DNA of 64,000 bases from NCBI GenBank assembly GCA_963664225.1, contig OY760937.1, forward strand, positions 2,272,001 through 2,336,000, written 5' to 3'. Under the pieces are notes generated by a model. The model was not told the origin of the DNA, searched no databases, and saw only the letters and a list, made by a program, of their open reading frames with translations. Both the position numbers and the translations under genes were made by a program. Shown piece after piece: positions 19,355 to 29,161 of the stretch; position 1 is the first letter of the stretch, and each line of letters opens with the position of its first letter. Source of the stretch: Verrucomicrobiia bacterium. GTDB lineage: Bacteria; Verrucomicrobiota; Verrucomicrobiia; Limisphaerales; UBA1319.

Positions 19355-20512
19355 ATGGAGCAGTCCGACATTAATTCCGCAGAGCCATTGACTTCAGAGG
19401 ACATCCTCGCAACATCACAGGCAGAAGGCCCCGGCACATCCCCACTTCCCCAATCAACGGACGATGTGGGGGCGAACAAAACAGCATTATTTCAAAACGT
19501 GCTGATTTTCTTCGGCGCGATTACTTTTCTGTTTTTCGCGCGCCCGGTAATCCTGCCGATTTTCCTGGCGGTTGTGGGGGCAATGACTTTGAAACCATTA
19601 ATCCGTTGGATGTCGGAATTTCATCTCCATCCGGCCATTTCGGCCGCGTTAGTGCTCTGCCTCCTGGTTTCCGCGATTGCAATCGGTTTCCTGCAATTCA
19701 GCCAGCCGGCGATGGCCTGGATGAATGATGCGCCGACCCATATGGTGCAATTGCGACAACGCGTTCAGAAACTATTCCCGCGCGCGGCCCGTTTCAGCCG
19801 GTTGGCAGACGCCGTGAACAACCTGGGCGCGACGGAATCAGAGCAAACCAAGGCAACGACGGTCGAAATCAAAACCAGCCGCGTTCCCACCACGTTTATA
19901 AATTGGACTGGAACATTCCTTGCGGGCGTTGGTGAGACCCTGGTTTTGCTTTATCTTTTGCTCGCATCGGGCGATTTGTTTTTGCAGAAACTAGTCCGAG
20001 TGATGCCAACCTTTGGCGACAAAAAGCGGGCCGTCGAGATCAGCCATGAGGTTCAGCAAAACATTACCAACTATCTGTTTTCTGTCACGCTGATCAATAT
20101 TGGTTTGGGACTTGTCGTCAGTATAGGCCTGTATTTGCTGGGCGTGCCGAACGCCGCCATGTGGGGAATGCTGGTGGCGTGCCTGAATTTTATCCCCTAT
20201 TTTGGTCCCATCGGTGGCATCCTATTGCTGGCGATGGTGGGCCTGCTCACTTTCGACACGCTGTTCAAAGGTCTCCTGCCGCCCTTCTGGTATCTGTTGT
20301 TGCATCTGCTTGAATCCAACTTGATCACCCCGGTATTGCTCGGGCGACGCTTCACGCTCAATCCTGTGGTGATTTTTGTTTCGTTAATCTTTTGGACCTG
20401 GCTGTGGGGTGTGCCGGGCGCCCTGTTGTCAGTGCCGATCCTGGTCTCCATCAAGGTGGTTTGCGATCGGGTGTCCACGTTGTCCTCCGTCAGCGAACTG
20501 CTCAGCAGTTGA
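19355..20512 (+). CDS. AI-2E family transporter
   Basis: LNFIPYFGP, LESNLITPVLLG and WLWGVPGALLSVPIL. Confidence 0.9.
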   Translation: MEQSDINSAEPLTSEDILATSQAEGPGTSPLPQSTDDVGANKTALFQNVLIFFGAITFLFFARPVILPIFLAVVGAMTLKPLIRWMSEFHLHPAISAALVLCLLVSAIAIGFLQFSQPAMAWMNDAPTHMVQLRQRVQKLFPRAARFSRLADAVNNLGATESEQTKATTVEIKTSRVPTTFINWTGTFLAGVGETLVLLYLLLASGDLFLQKLVRVMPTFGDKKRAVEISHEVQQNITNYLFSVTLINIGLGLVVSIGLYLLGVPNAAMWGMLVACLNFIPYFGPIGGILLLAMVGLLTFDTLFKGLLPPFWYLLLHLLESNLITPVLLGRRFTLNPVVIFVSLIFWTWLWGVPGALLSVPILVSIKVVCDRVSTLSSVSELLSS

Positions 20513-20575
20513 TGCCGATTGCGAGGCATGATGAACCGCGATCAAGACCACGATCTCACTTGAAGAACAACCGGC

Positions 20576-21526
20576 ATGAAGGATCCCTCACACAGAAACA
20601 GCCAGAGGACGATCTCCAGCAAGAGAAACCGAAGACCGCCAGTGGGTCTGAGCCACGGTGCCAGCCTCGTTAGAATTGCCCGCCGTCCATGGTCAATAAC
20701 CTGGCTCACCATCAATAAGTTCATCGGAATCGACGGGGCGCAATGGGCGAGCGCTTTTGCCTTCAACGCCTTTTTCGCTCTGTTTCCCTTGATCGTCCTC
20801 TTTGTCACGATTGCCTCTTCCATGATTGACCGTGATAGGGCGGGAAGAGATGTCATCGCCTTTGTGGAAACCTACGTTCCCATTAACGGCGAGATGCAGC
20901 GTTACATATTCGACACCATCGCCGGGGTCGTCAAGGCTCGCGAGCAAATGGGCGCAGCCGCGTTTCTCATCCTCATCTGGGCCACCCTCCAGGGCTTCAC
21001 CGCGCTGATTTGTGCGATCAACCGCGCCTGGGGTTACGAAGCATACAACTGGTGGCGGCTGCCGCTGAAAAGCCTCCTGCTGCTGGGCATCACGGCGGGT
21101 TCAGTCCTCCTCGGAATGGGAGTGCCGGTGCTGTTGAGAGTGGCCGGGGGCTGGCTTTTTCCCGGCGGTGCATTCCATTCCTGGGTGTATGGCCTCGGAG
21201 GCTTCTTGATCCCGCTCACCGTGATTTTCTCCGGACTGAGTTTGTTTTACACGTCGGCTCCCCGGCGACGCACGACGTTTGCCGAGGTCTGGGTTGGCGC
21301 CCTGTGCGCCACGGTTCTCTTGCGGACGTGCGAAAGCCTGTTCGTAATTTATCTGAAGGACTTCGCAACATTGAACGCGGTCTATGGAGCGTTTGGCGGT
21401 TTTATGGCCTTGCTGCTGTGGATCTATCTTTCGGGCTGCATCTTTATTCTCGGTGGCTGCATGTGCGCCACTCAGGCGGAAATCTCGAGATCGACTGCGG
21501 CAACAGCCACCACGGGAGCAGTCTAA
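20576..21526 (+). CDS. YihY/BrkB family membrane protein
   Basis: AFAFNAFFALFP, AINRAWG and VYGAFGGFMALLLWIY. Confidence 0.9.
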   Translation: MKDPSHRNSQRTISSKRNRRPPVGLSHGASLVRIARRPWSITWLTINKFIGIDGAQWASAFAFNAFFALFPLIVLFVTIASSMIDRDRAGRDVIAFVETYVPINGEMQRYIFDTIAGVVKAREQMGAAAFLILIWATLQGFTALICAINRAWGYEAYNWWRLPLKSLLLLGITAGSVLLGMGVPVLLRVAGGWLFPGGAFHSWVYGLGGFLIPLTVIFSGLSLFYTSAPRRRTTFAEVWVGALCATVLLRTCESLFVIYLKDFATLNAVYGAFGGFMALLLWIYLSGCIFILGGCMCATQAEISRSTAATATTGAV

Positions 21527-21655
21527 CGAACGCAACTTAATTGATCATTCGTTTTGCCTTGCCTTTTGTTGTATAAACAACTTACTCTCAACCCCTTGAG
21601 GGCCCCGAAGTACAGAAAATGTTTTCCACTCGCGCCGGAATAAATGATTCGAACA

Positions 21656-21672
21656 GTAGGGTTACACCCCAT
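21656..21672. promoter_or_regulatory. Recurrent site, copy 4 (GTAGGGTTACACCCCAT)
   Basis: Followed by TGa-TATAGA at 21691-21699 and the ATG at 21708. Confidence 0.7.
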
Positions 21673-21707
21673 GGCATTCCCCAGTCCTTTTGATATAGAT
21701 TATTCAC

Positions 21708-22124
21708 ATGAACGAGAAGTATCTCCATCAAGCTGGCAACACCGGTTTCATGCTGTGGGCATCCTTCCTGCTCACTCTAAACGGTTGCGTGCACGAGGTT
21801 AGCAGGCCGCGGCCCGAAAACGTTTATATGCTGCCGCCGACACAGTCAGCCCCGGTCTATCTCGATCAGGATGACTACGTATATTATCCGCGCTATCGAA
21901 TGTACTATGGAAGCCACTCGCAACGCTATTTTTATCAGGATGGCCGTTCCTGGGTGTCACGGTCTGAACCGGGGAGCATATCTGTCCATGTTCTGCAGTC
22001 TTCCCCGTCTGTGCCGCTTGGTTTTCATGATGCCCCACAGGCGCACCACTCGCAAATTATCCGCAAATACCCAAGACGATGGACGCCGCAGGGGGAGAAA
22101 CAAAACCAGCGCCAGAGTCACTAA
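21708..22124 (+). CDS. Putative lipoprotein, Tyr-rich
   Basis: Hydrophobic stretch and lipobox LNGC; DDYVYYPRYRMYY. Confidence 0.7.
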   Translation: MNEKYLHQAGNTGFMLWASFLLTLNGCVHEVSRPRPENVYMLPPTQSAPVYLDQDDYVYYPRYRMYYGSHSQRYFYQDGRSWVSRSEPGSISVHVLQSSPSVPLGFHDAPQAHHSQIIRKYPRRWTPQGEKQNQRQSH

Positions 22125-22153
22125 ATAGCACGGTTACAAGCCATTCAATTCCC

Positions 22154-22621
22154 ATGTTCACGCCATCGACCACAGTAAAGCCGGTTAATACTTTCAACGA
22201 CCAAACCGAGCCTGTACCCGACCAGACCATGATCGGTCCACCGATCCGCATACTGGTGGTGGAGGACGATTCGCTGGTCCTCGCACTCTATTCCAATGTG
22301 TTGTTACGCTCAGGCTATCAAGTGGACACGGCGGAAGACGGCGACGAGGGTTGGAAAGCGATTGATCTGGCAGCATGCACGGCTGAGAGTTACGACCTCC
22401 TGATCACTGACAACAGCATGCCGAAAGTAACGGGCGTTGAACTCATCGCCAAATTGCGCTCTGAAAATATGAGTTTGCCGGTGATCCTGGCCACGGGGCT
22501 GGCGCCCGGGGATACAGAGGCTCTCCGTCTTTCGGCCATTTTAATCAAGCCCTTTTCAACAACCGAGTTATTGCAAACGGTCCGGGAAGTCCTGCAAGGC
22601 GCCGCCGTTCGCCGGGCATAG
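22154..22621 (+). CDS. Single-domain response regulator (receiver)
   Basis: ILVVEDD, LLITDNSMP and LIKPF. Start codon uncertain (22154 or 22229). Confidence 0.88.
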   Translation: MFTPSTTVKPVNTFNDQTEPVPDQTMIGPPIRILVVEDDSLVLALYSNVLLRSGYQVDTAEDGDEGWKAIDLAACTAESYDLLITDNSMPKVTGVELIAKLRSENMSLPVILATGLAPGDTEALRLSAILIKPFSTTELLQTVREVLQGAAVRRA

Positions 22622-22639
22622 AATCTTGTTTTGTTGTAA

Positions 22640-22711
22640 CAAGACCTCGTCGCTAAAATGGTCAACGACATCGACGGTGTCAACAGAGTTGTCAGCAACA
22701 TGACGTTTGAA
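22640..22711 (+). pseudogene. Remnant of a BON/OsmY-domain gene C-terminus
   Basis: Translates as QDLVAKMVNDIDGVNRVVSNMTFE, resembling the BON end (..I.GV..V.N.L.). Preceded by in-frame TAA, with no upstream part. Confidence 0.5.
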
Positions 22712-22964
22712 GTTGCGTCAGGGTCGAATAGCTCAGGCCCCCCATCTCTACCGGCAGTTGTGTGGCAGCGCAGCAGCCGGTAGCGTTCCCAATGCTGGCT
22801 GGCGCGTGAAAGCGCGCCAGCCGGCTCTGCTTCCAAAACAAATCCAATCCAAAACCTCTGCCTTTCGCAAACCAGCGTCTGGTCATCAGATCGCAATAGA
22901 GCATTGGGATCAGCGGCGCTGGCAGGATTGAGCGATTTTCAAGTTCCGAATTTGGAGTCAACCT

Positions 22965-24368
22965 TCAGGACTTCAGGGGCGCCTTCCTCCGCGTCGTGGT
23001 ATTCGCCATTGGAATCTCGGCCCGGATGATCGTCCCCTGCCCCGGCGAGGATTCCACGCTGAATTTTCCACCCACCATCTCCACCCGTTCCCGCATGCCG
23101 ATCAAGCCCAGGTGTTTGTTTTTCGCGCCGTGTAAATAACGCGCCACGTTGAAGGACTTGCCGTTGTCTTTGATCTCCATGCAGGCCATGGCAGATATTT
23201 TTTGAATGCTCACCAACACCCGGCTGGCTTCCGAATGACGGGCAACATTGTTGAGCGCGGACTGAACCACCCGATAGATCACGGTGATTTTGGCGCTGCT
23301 CAATTTTTCCACTTCGGCAATAGTGGTGAAGCGGACGCGGATGTTGGTCTGCTTTGTAAATTCCTTCATGAAGGAATGCAGGGTGGCGATCAGCCCCAGG
23401 TCGTCCAACAGCGTCGGGCGCAGTTCGCGTGCGAATCGATGGACAATGTTGACTGACTTTTCCACCATTTTTTGGGCGCGGGCAATTTTTCTCCTGATGA
23501 CTTCAGGATTAACCATGGTCTCCCGGGACAGGGCTTCCAGATGGACATTGATCCCCACCAGAGTCTGGGCGATGTCATCATGGAGATCGCGGCTGATTTT
23601 CCTGCGTTCCTCCTCCTGGACCTGGAGAACACGACGGGTAAGAAGACGCATTTGCTCCTGCATGCGGCGTGCCTTTTCCAACATCCTGGTTTGATGTTCC
23701 TCGCTTTTCTTAAGCGCTTCTTCCACAACCTGCCGCCGAAGAATTTCCCGATGCAGCTCCTGGTTCCTGACGGCCAGGGCTTCCAGACGGAGTTGCGCCT
23801 CGGCAGCCCGCTTCACAGAGGTAATATCGGCCACCGCCACCCGGCACCATTTCCGCGGATCACTGATCGAGACGGCGGGCACAGCCTGAAGGCTGGCCCA
23901 AATAGGGTCGTCGGCATCGTTCAGAAGAGCCACCTCGCAATTCTGTTTCCCGGTCCCCGCGAAGGTTTTCTGGAGAAAGGCCCGAAACATTGGCTGGGAT
24001 GCGGAGTCCACAAAGCGCTCGAGGCGTCCATGATACAAAAGAGATCGTTCCAAGCCGAGCATGGCGGCTCCCGTCAGGTTCACCTCCAGAATCTGACCCT
24101 CTTCATCCAGGGAAAAATAACCGACCGGGGCAAAATCATAGAGGTCGGTGTACTTCTCCACCAGCGTTTCCATCCGGTCCCTGGCCTCCTGGAGTTCCGT
24201 GTTCTGCATCTCCAGTTCGATATGATGGACCTGCAGTTCGTGAAGCAGACGGCTCGCGTCCGCCTCGGGCTTCTGCGTCCCGACCCGTAGCCGCTGCTGC
24301 TGCAATTGGGCTTCGGCGTTTCGGCGCAAGTCCGTCAGACCGGCTGGCTTCTTCGGCTTCTTAATCAT
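22965..24368 (-). CDS. PAS sensor histidine kinase, HisKA_3 (NarX/UhpB-like) class
   Basis: ERRKISRDLHDDIAQ H-box and LGLIGMRERV; N-terminal HELQVHHIELEMQN coil plus PAS. Confidence 0.92.
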   Translation of the reverse strand: MIKKPKKPAGLTDLRRNAEAQLQQQRLRVGTQKPEADASRLLHELQVHHIELEMQNTELQEARDRMETLVEKYTDLYDFAPVGYFSLDEEGQILEVNLTGAAMLGLERSLLYHGRLERFVDSASQPMFRAFLQKTFAGTGKQNCEVALLNDADDPIWASLQAVPAVSISDPRKWCRVAVADITSVKRAAEAQLRLEALAVRNQELHREILRRQVVEEALKKSEEHQTRMLEKARRMQEQMRLLTRRVLQVQEEERRKISRDLHDDIAQTLVGINVHLEALSRETMVNPEVIRRKIARAQKMVEKSVNIVHRFARELRPTLLDDLGLIATLHSFMKEFTKQTNIRVRFTTIAEVEKLSSAKITVIYRVVQSALNNVARHSEASRVLVSIQKISAMACMEIKDNGKSFNVARYLHGAKNKHLGLIGMRERVEMVGGKFSVESSPGQGTIIRAEIPMANTTTRRKAPLKS

Positions 24369-26116
24369 GGCGTGGCACTGATTTTTGGTTGTTTTTCCAT
24401 GACTTGTGAAATGAGTTCCTGAAGTTTTCCAATGTCGAAGGGTTTCGCCAGCGCCCCCTTGAACCCGTGTCGTCGATGCTCCAAAACCACTGGATCGTTT
24501 GGGTAACCACTCATGATAATGGCCTTGACTGCCGGATCCATCCGAAGCAGCGCCTCCATGGTCTTCTGCCCCCCCATGCCGGCGCGCACGGTCAAGTCCA
24601 GAATCACCGCATCGAAGGTTCGCCCCAGTTCTTTCGATTTCCCATAAATGTTGAGGGCGCTTTGGCCGTCCACCGCCAACTCCACCTCATGTCCCAGCTT
24701 CCGGAGCGTTGCCCCGAGAACACTTCTCACATCCTCATCGTCATCCATGAGCAGAATCCTCCCGGGCCGGGCAGATCGCTTCAGGACAGCGGTTTTCGCC
24801 GGGGCAATGTTTTTCCTGGAGACAGGCAGATAGATGCGGAAGGTGGTTCCCACCCCCACCGTTGACTCCACAAGGATTGCGCCACCATGTTTCTCAATGA
24901 TGGAATGGCAGATGGTCAGTCCCAATCCCATGCCCTTCTGTTCACCTCTTTGTTTGGTCGAAAAATAGGGGTCGAAAATCTTTGGCAAGGTCTCCCGGGC
25001 AATTCCCCCGCCCTGGTCGGCCATGCTCAAGCCAATATAATTGCCTGGTGGCAGGGATGGATGATCTTCGTGGCCGAAAACAATATTTTCTGCCCGGATG
25101 GTGAGCATTCCTCCATCCGGCATGGCCTCCCGTGCATTTTGGGCCATGTTGCGAATGACCTGCGCGATCTGCGACGCATCCACATCCGCAGTCCACAGTT
25201 CGTCCGCCAGCGCGAATTGACTACGCACCCGGGAACCGCTCAAGGCGAGCCCCACGGATTCCTGGATCAGCCCAGACAAGGAGGTTGCATTCACGATCAG
25301 GGCACCTCCTGGCGCAAAGGTGATGAGCTGCTGGGTGAGTCCGCGGGCCAGCAAAGTGGCTCTTTTCGCATCCTCAATCCGCCCCACCAATTCTCCCCCG
25401 GCTGCACTGGCCATCCCGGCCAGTTCCAGGTTCATGAGGATGACGGTGAGCAGATTGTTAAAATCATGGGCGATGCCACCTGCCAGAATGCCGGTGGATT
25501 CGAGCTTGCTCAGGATCAGACGATCCTCTTCCGCCCGTTTAATCTCGGTAATATCGGCCATGACCGCGCGACACTCCAGCTTTGAGCCGGACACCGTGGC
25601 CGCAATCCGCACTTCGAGCGGGGGCTGCCCTTCCCTGAGAATGGATAACTCACAGAGTTCCCTCGCCTTGCTCTTGAATACCTTCTTGAGAAAGGCGTTG
25701 AACGAAGCAAGGCCGTCCGGGCAAACGAAAAGTCCGAAGCGCCGTTTGACAAACCTGGAGCGCTCAAGGCCCAACAGGCTGGCGCATGTCAGATTGGCCT
25801 CGCAAATGACTCCCTCCTGGTCAAGGGTGAAGTAACCCACGGGTGCGAAATCATAGAGGTCGCTGTACTTCTCCATGAGCGACTCCATCTGGTCCCTCGC
25901 TTGCTGGAGTTCCTCATTCTGCAACTCCAACTCGATCTGATGCACTTGCAACTCGTGGACAAGGCGCTGCGTGTCGGCCACAGATCGTCCCAACCCGGCT
26001 TCCAGGTGCCGCTCCTTGAGACGCGCTTCAGCGCGGTGCCGCAGTTCGACGGCATCCATGGAGATATTGGGTTTATTATGCATGGCTTGTTTCTCGACGG
26101 GTGCGTTACGGCTCAC
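24365..26116 (-). CDS. PAS hybrid histidine kinase / receiver
   Basis: AGGIAHDFNNLL, IFDPYFSTK and GMGLGL; receiver LLMDDD / VILD / AKPF. GTGA overlap with the upstream stop. Confidence 0.92.
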   Translation of the reverse strand: MSRNAPVEKQAMHNKPNISMDAVELRHRAEARLKERHLEAGLGRSVADTQRLVHELQVHQIELELQNEELQQARDQMESLMEKYSDLYDFAPVGYFTLDQEGVICEANLTCASLLGLERSRFVKRRFGLFVCPDGLASFNAFLKKVFKSKARELCELSILREGQPPLEVRIAATVSGSKLECRAVMADITEIKRAEEDRLILSKLESTGILAGGIAHDFNNLLTVILMNLELAGMASAAGGELVGRIEDAKRATLLARGLTQQLITFAPGGALIVNATSLSGLIQESVGLALSGSRVRSQFALADELWTADVDASQIAQVIRNMAQNAREAMPDGGMLTIRAENIVFGHEDHPSLPPGNYIGLSMADQGGGIARETLPKIFDPYFSTKQRGEQKGMGLGLTICHSIIEKHGGAILVESTVGVGTTFRIYLPVSRKNIAPAKTAVLKRSARPGRILLMDDDEDVRSVLGATLRKLGHEVELAVDGQSALNIYGKSKELGRTFDAVILDLTVRAGMGGQKTMEALLRMDPAVKAIIMSGYPNDPVVLEHRRHGFKGALAKPFDIGKLQELISQVMEKQPKISATP

Positions 26117-28809
26117 GGAGTCTCGGTGGCGGTCCCACTTTTCTTAACGGTCTTCGCCGGCTTGACGGACTGTGCCTGAAAACGCTCTTCCAGGCTGGCA
26201 TGCTGATCCCGCAATTGCGCCTCCAGGGTTTTTGCCACGGTAATGTCCGTAAACGTGATGACCAGGCCGTCAATGCGGTTGTCCAGCGTGCGATAAGGCA
26301 TGATGCGCACCGTGAACCAGCGGCCGCCGCTGGCGCCAATGGGCTTTTCGACCGGGACGAGCGACTGAAGCACATTGCGCGCATCCTCCGACAGCTCCCG
26401 GTAACTAAGTTCGGAGGCCAGGTCGGTGATGGGTCGGCCCACATCGCCGGGGATCAGCTTGATGATTTTGTTCACCTGAGTGGTGAACCGCCGCACTTTG
26501 AGGTCGTTATCCAGAAACACTGTGGCGATGTCCGTGCTGTTGAGCAGGTTCTTCATGTCGTTGTTGGAGCGGGACAGCTCGTCCAACTTGGCCTGCAACT
26601 CCGCGTTCAACGTCTGAAGTTCCTCGTTCATCGATTGCATCTCCTCCTTCGAGGTGGTGAGCTCCTCGTTGGTGGACTGCAATTCCTCATTCGTGGATTG
26701 CATTTCCTCATTGGTGGATCTGAGCTCCTCCTGCGAAGTCTGCATCTCTTCGCGAGTGCTTCGCGCCTCTTCACGCGCTTCCTGCAACTCGCGCTGCAAT
26801 TCTGCCAGGTGCGGGGAATGAGACGCAGTTTTGGGGAACTTTCCCATCACTTTGGGTTCTGCGGGCGTAATCGCATCCTTGAATACGATCATCGCCAATC
26901 CCTTCAAAGGGCCGTCTTCCTCGAGCCGTTGAACGGTCACATCCACAAATTGGTCGCCGCCATCGTTTCCAATTTTAAGGCTGCGGAGCGTTGACGGGCC
27001 TTTTTCACGAAGGGCCTTCTGGAAGATGCCGGTCAATTCATAGCGGATCCCTTCGCGGGCCATGGCAAAAATGTTCCAGTTGGCTTTTCCAGCAGCGGGT
27101 TCGAGGTATTTACCTGTTCGACCACTAATGTAAAAAATGTCTCCCTTGTCATTAACAAGCGCCGCCGGAGGCGCGTATCGCTGCAGAACCAATTGATCCG
27201 CGAGGGTTTGAAGACTGGGGGGCGGTTTGGGGGCCTGGCGGGATTCCTGCCCGCCGGGTAGAAGCGTGCTAAATGTGGATGGAAATTCAACCGGGTCTGT
27301 TTGCAAGACCGATTCAGATCTCCAGAAAAGCCGCGATTTGCCGTTGGTCGGAGTAAATAGCTCGGAGAAGCCGCCAATCGTTTCCGCACTGCCGAGAAAT
27401 AGAATGCCACCGGGGTTCAGACTATAGTGAAACAACGGAAACAGCTTCTTTTGCATTTCAGGTGCCAGATAAATCAACAAATTGCGGCAACTCAGGATGT
27501 CGAGCTTGGTAAACGGCGGGTCCATGATGAGGTTTTGAGTGGCAAAGGTCACCATCTCGCGAATCTCCTTGCGCACCCGGTATCCGCTGGCTTCCTTGTT
27601 GAAGAATCGGGCCAGTCTCTCTGGCGACACGTCTGCGGCGATATTATCGGGATAAACTCCCTGACGGGCCTTGTCGATGGCGTCGCGATCCAGATCGGTG
27701 GCAAAGACCTGCATTGTGTAATGCACCTTGGGCATCGCTGACTCCACGGCCTCTTTGAGCACCATGGCCAGGGAATAGGCTTCCTCCCCGCTGGAGCAGC
27801 CCACCACCCAGGCCCGCAGTGTCTGACCGGAAGATCGCTTGTTGAGAAGTTGTGGGATGGCTTGTTTGCGCAACTGATCCCATGCCGCGGGATCGCGGAA
27901 AAAGTTCGTCACTCCGATCAACAACTCCTTGAATAACAAGTCCAGTTCCTGGGAGTTCTCCTGTAAATACCGGATGTAAGAGTCAATCTTGACAATCTGA
28001 TGAATACTCATGCGGCGCTCGATCCGGCGATAAAAGGTGTTTCTTTTATAGAGAGAGAAGTCATGGCCGGTGTGGGCGCGGAGCAGAATCACCACCTTGC
28101 TTAGCGCACTTTGGGTCTTGTCTATCAAAAGGCCCTCGGGCTTTGCGATGAGCGAGCTGTGCAGAAGAAAGGCGATGATCTTCTCAGGCAGTTGCTCCGC
28201 TGGAGCCACCAAATCCGCCAGGCCGGTCTCCACCGCGCTGCGCGGCATGCCATCGAATTTTGCCGATCCAGGGTCCTGTACCAGCACCAGGCCTGCTTTT
28301 TCCTTGATCGCCCGAATGCCCAGGGTGCCGTCCGATCCCATGCCGGACAGGATCACCCCCACACTCCGCTCCTGCTGATCCTGCGCGAGGGAACGCAGAA
28401 AAAAATCGATCGGCAGGCGCAGGCCCCTGGGAGCGCTCGGCTCCAGAAGGTGCAGCACCCCGTGCAGGATGGACATATCCTTGTTCGGGGGAATCACATA
28501 GACACAGTCTGGTTCCACTTTGGATTCATCCCTGACCTGGAGGACTTTCATACCCGTGGCGCGCTGGAGCAGTTCGGTCAGGATCCCCTTGCGCGTGGGA
28601 TCAAGATGCTGGACGATCACGAACGCCATGCCGCTGCCCGCCGGGACATGCCCGAGGAATTGTTCCAATGCTTCGAGTCCTCCTGCGGAAGCGCCGATTC
28701 CAACGATGGGAAACGAAACGCTGGCGGGTGGAGACGCGGCTTCTTTGTCCGTGGAAACTGAGGTGGCAGTCTTCTCCTGACGGCGTTTCGGTATTCCTTT
28801 ACGTTTCAT
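26113..28809 (-). CDS. CheB methylesterase / CheR methyltransferase fusion with methyl-accepting coiled coil and PAS (MAC-type)
   Basis: GASAGG, VQH and SGMGSDG (CheB); VTNFFRD and GCSSGEEAYS (CheR); EEMQSTNEELQSTNEEL heptads. Start uncertain. Confidence 0.92.
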   Translation of the reverse strand: MKRKGIPKRRQEKTATSVSTDKEAASPPASVSFPIVGIGASAGGLEALEQFLGHVPAGSGMAFVIVQHLDPTRKGILTELLQRATGMKVLQVRDESKVEPDCVYVIPPNKDMSILHGVLHLLEPSAPRGLRLPIDFFLRSLAQDQQERSVGVILSGMGSDGTLGIRAIKEKAGLVLVQDPGSAKFDGMPRSAVETGLADLVAPAEQLPEKIIAFLLHSSLIAKPEGLLIDKTQSALSKVVILLRAHTGHDFSLYKRNTFYRRIERRMSIHQIVKIDSYIRYLQENSQELDLLFKELLIGVTNFFRDPAAWDQLRKQAIPQLLNKRSSGQTLRAWVVGCSSGEEAYSLAMVLKEAVESAMPKVHYTMQVFATDLDRDAIDKARQGVYPDNIAADVSPERLARFFNKEASGYRVRKEIREMVTFATQNLIMDPPFTKLDILSCRNLLIYLAPEMQKKLFPLFHYSLNPGGILFLGSAETIGGFSELFTPTNGKSRLFWRSESVLQTDPVEFPSTFSTLLPGGQESRQAPKPPPSLQTLADQLVLQRYAPPAALVNDKGDIFYISGRTGKYLEPAAGKANWNIFAMAREGIRYELTGIFQKALREKGPSTLRSLKIGNDGGDQFVDVTVQRLEEDGPLKGLAMIVFKDAITPAEPKVMGKFPKTASHSPHLAELQRELQEAREEARSTREEMQTSQEELRSTNEEMQSTNEELQSTNEELTTSKEEMQSMNEELQTLNAELQAKLDELSRSNNDMKNLLNSTDIATVFLDNDLKVRRFTTQVNKIIKLIPGDVGRPITDLASELSYRELSEDARNVLQSLVPVEKPIGASGGRWFTVRIMPYRTLDNRIDGLVITFTDITVAKTLEAQLRDQHASLEERFQAQSVKPAKTVKKSGTATETP

Positions 28810-29161
28810 AATCCTTTGTCCTGCATCCGCAGAATGGGTCGCAACCGCCGCCATTGCGGGCTCGCCACATTGAGGCGACTGCTGCAACTGCCGGTTTTTG
28901 TCGGCCAGTGCCGTTGCCCGGTGGCGCCAGGCTTCATTGCGGTAACTTTATTTTGCACGATCGGATCAATAATCTCAACAACATATCTTGAAGCCCTGGG
29001 TAAAAACCCGCCCGGGAGCTTTCCCTCCGCACGCTCCCGGAGCGTGTCCAGTTCCCGCCTGAGGGTCCTGCTCCACGCCGCCTTCACTGCATTCATCACA
29101 TTCATGCGCCATCCGATTCGAATTGATTGGATCCAATGGGTGTTCGGTTCGCCCTCTCAAC

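Noticed and set aside
28806..29105. 99-aa minus-strand ORF between the kinase and cheBR, with a faintly KaiB-like RYVVEIID
   Set aside because: No other family motif; more likely an intergenic or promoter region.
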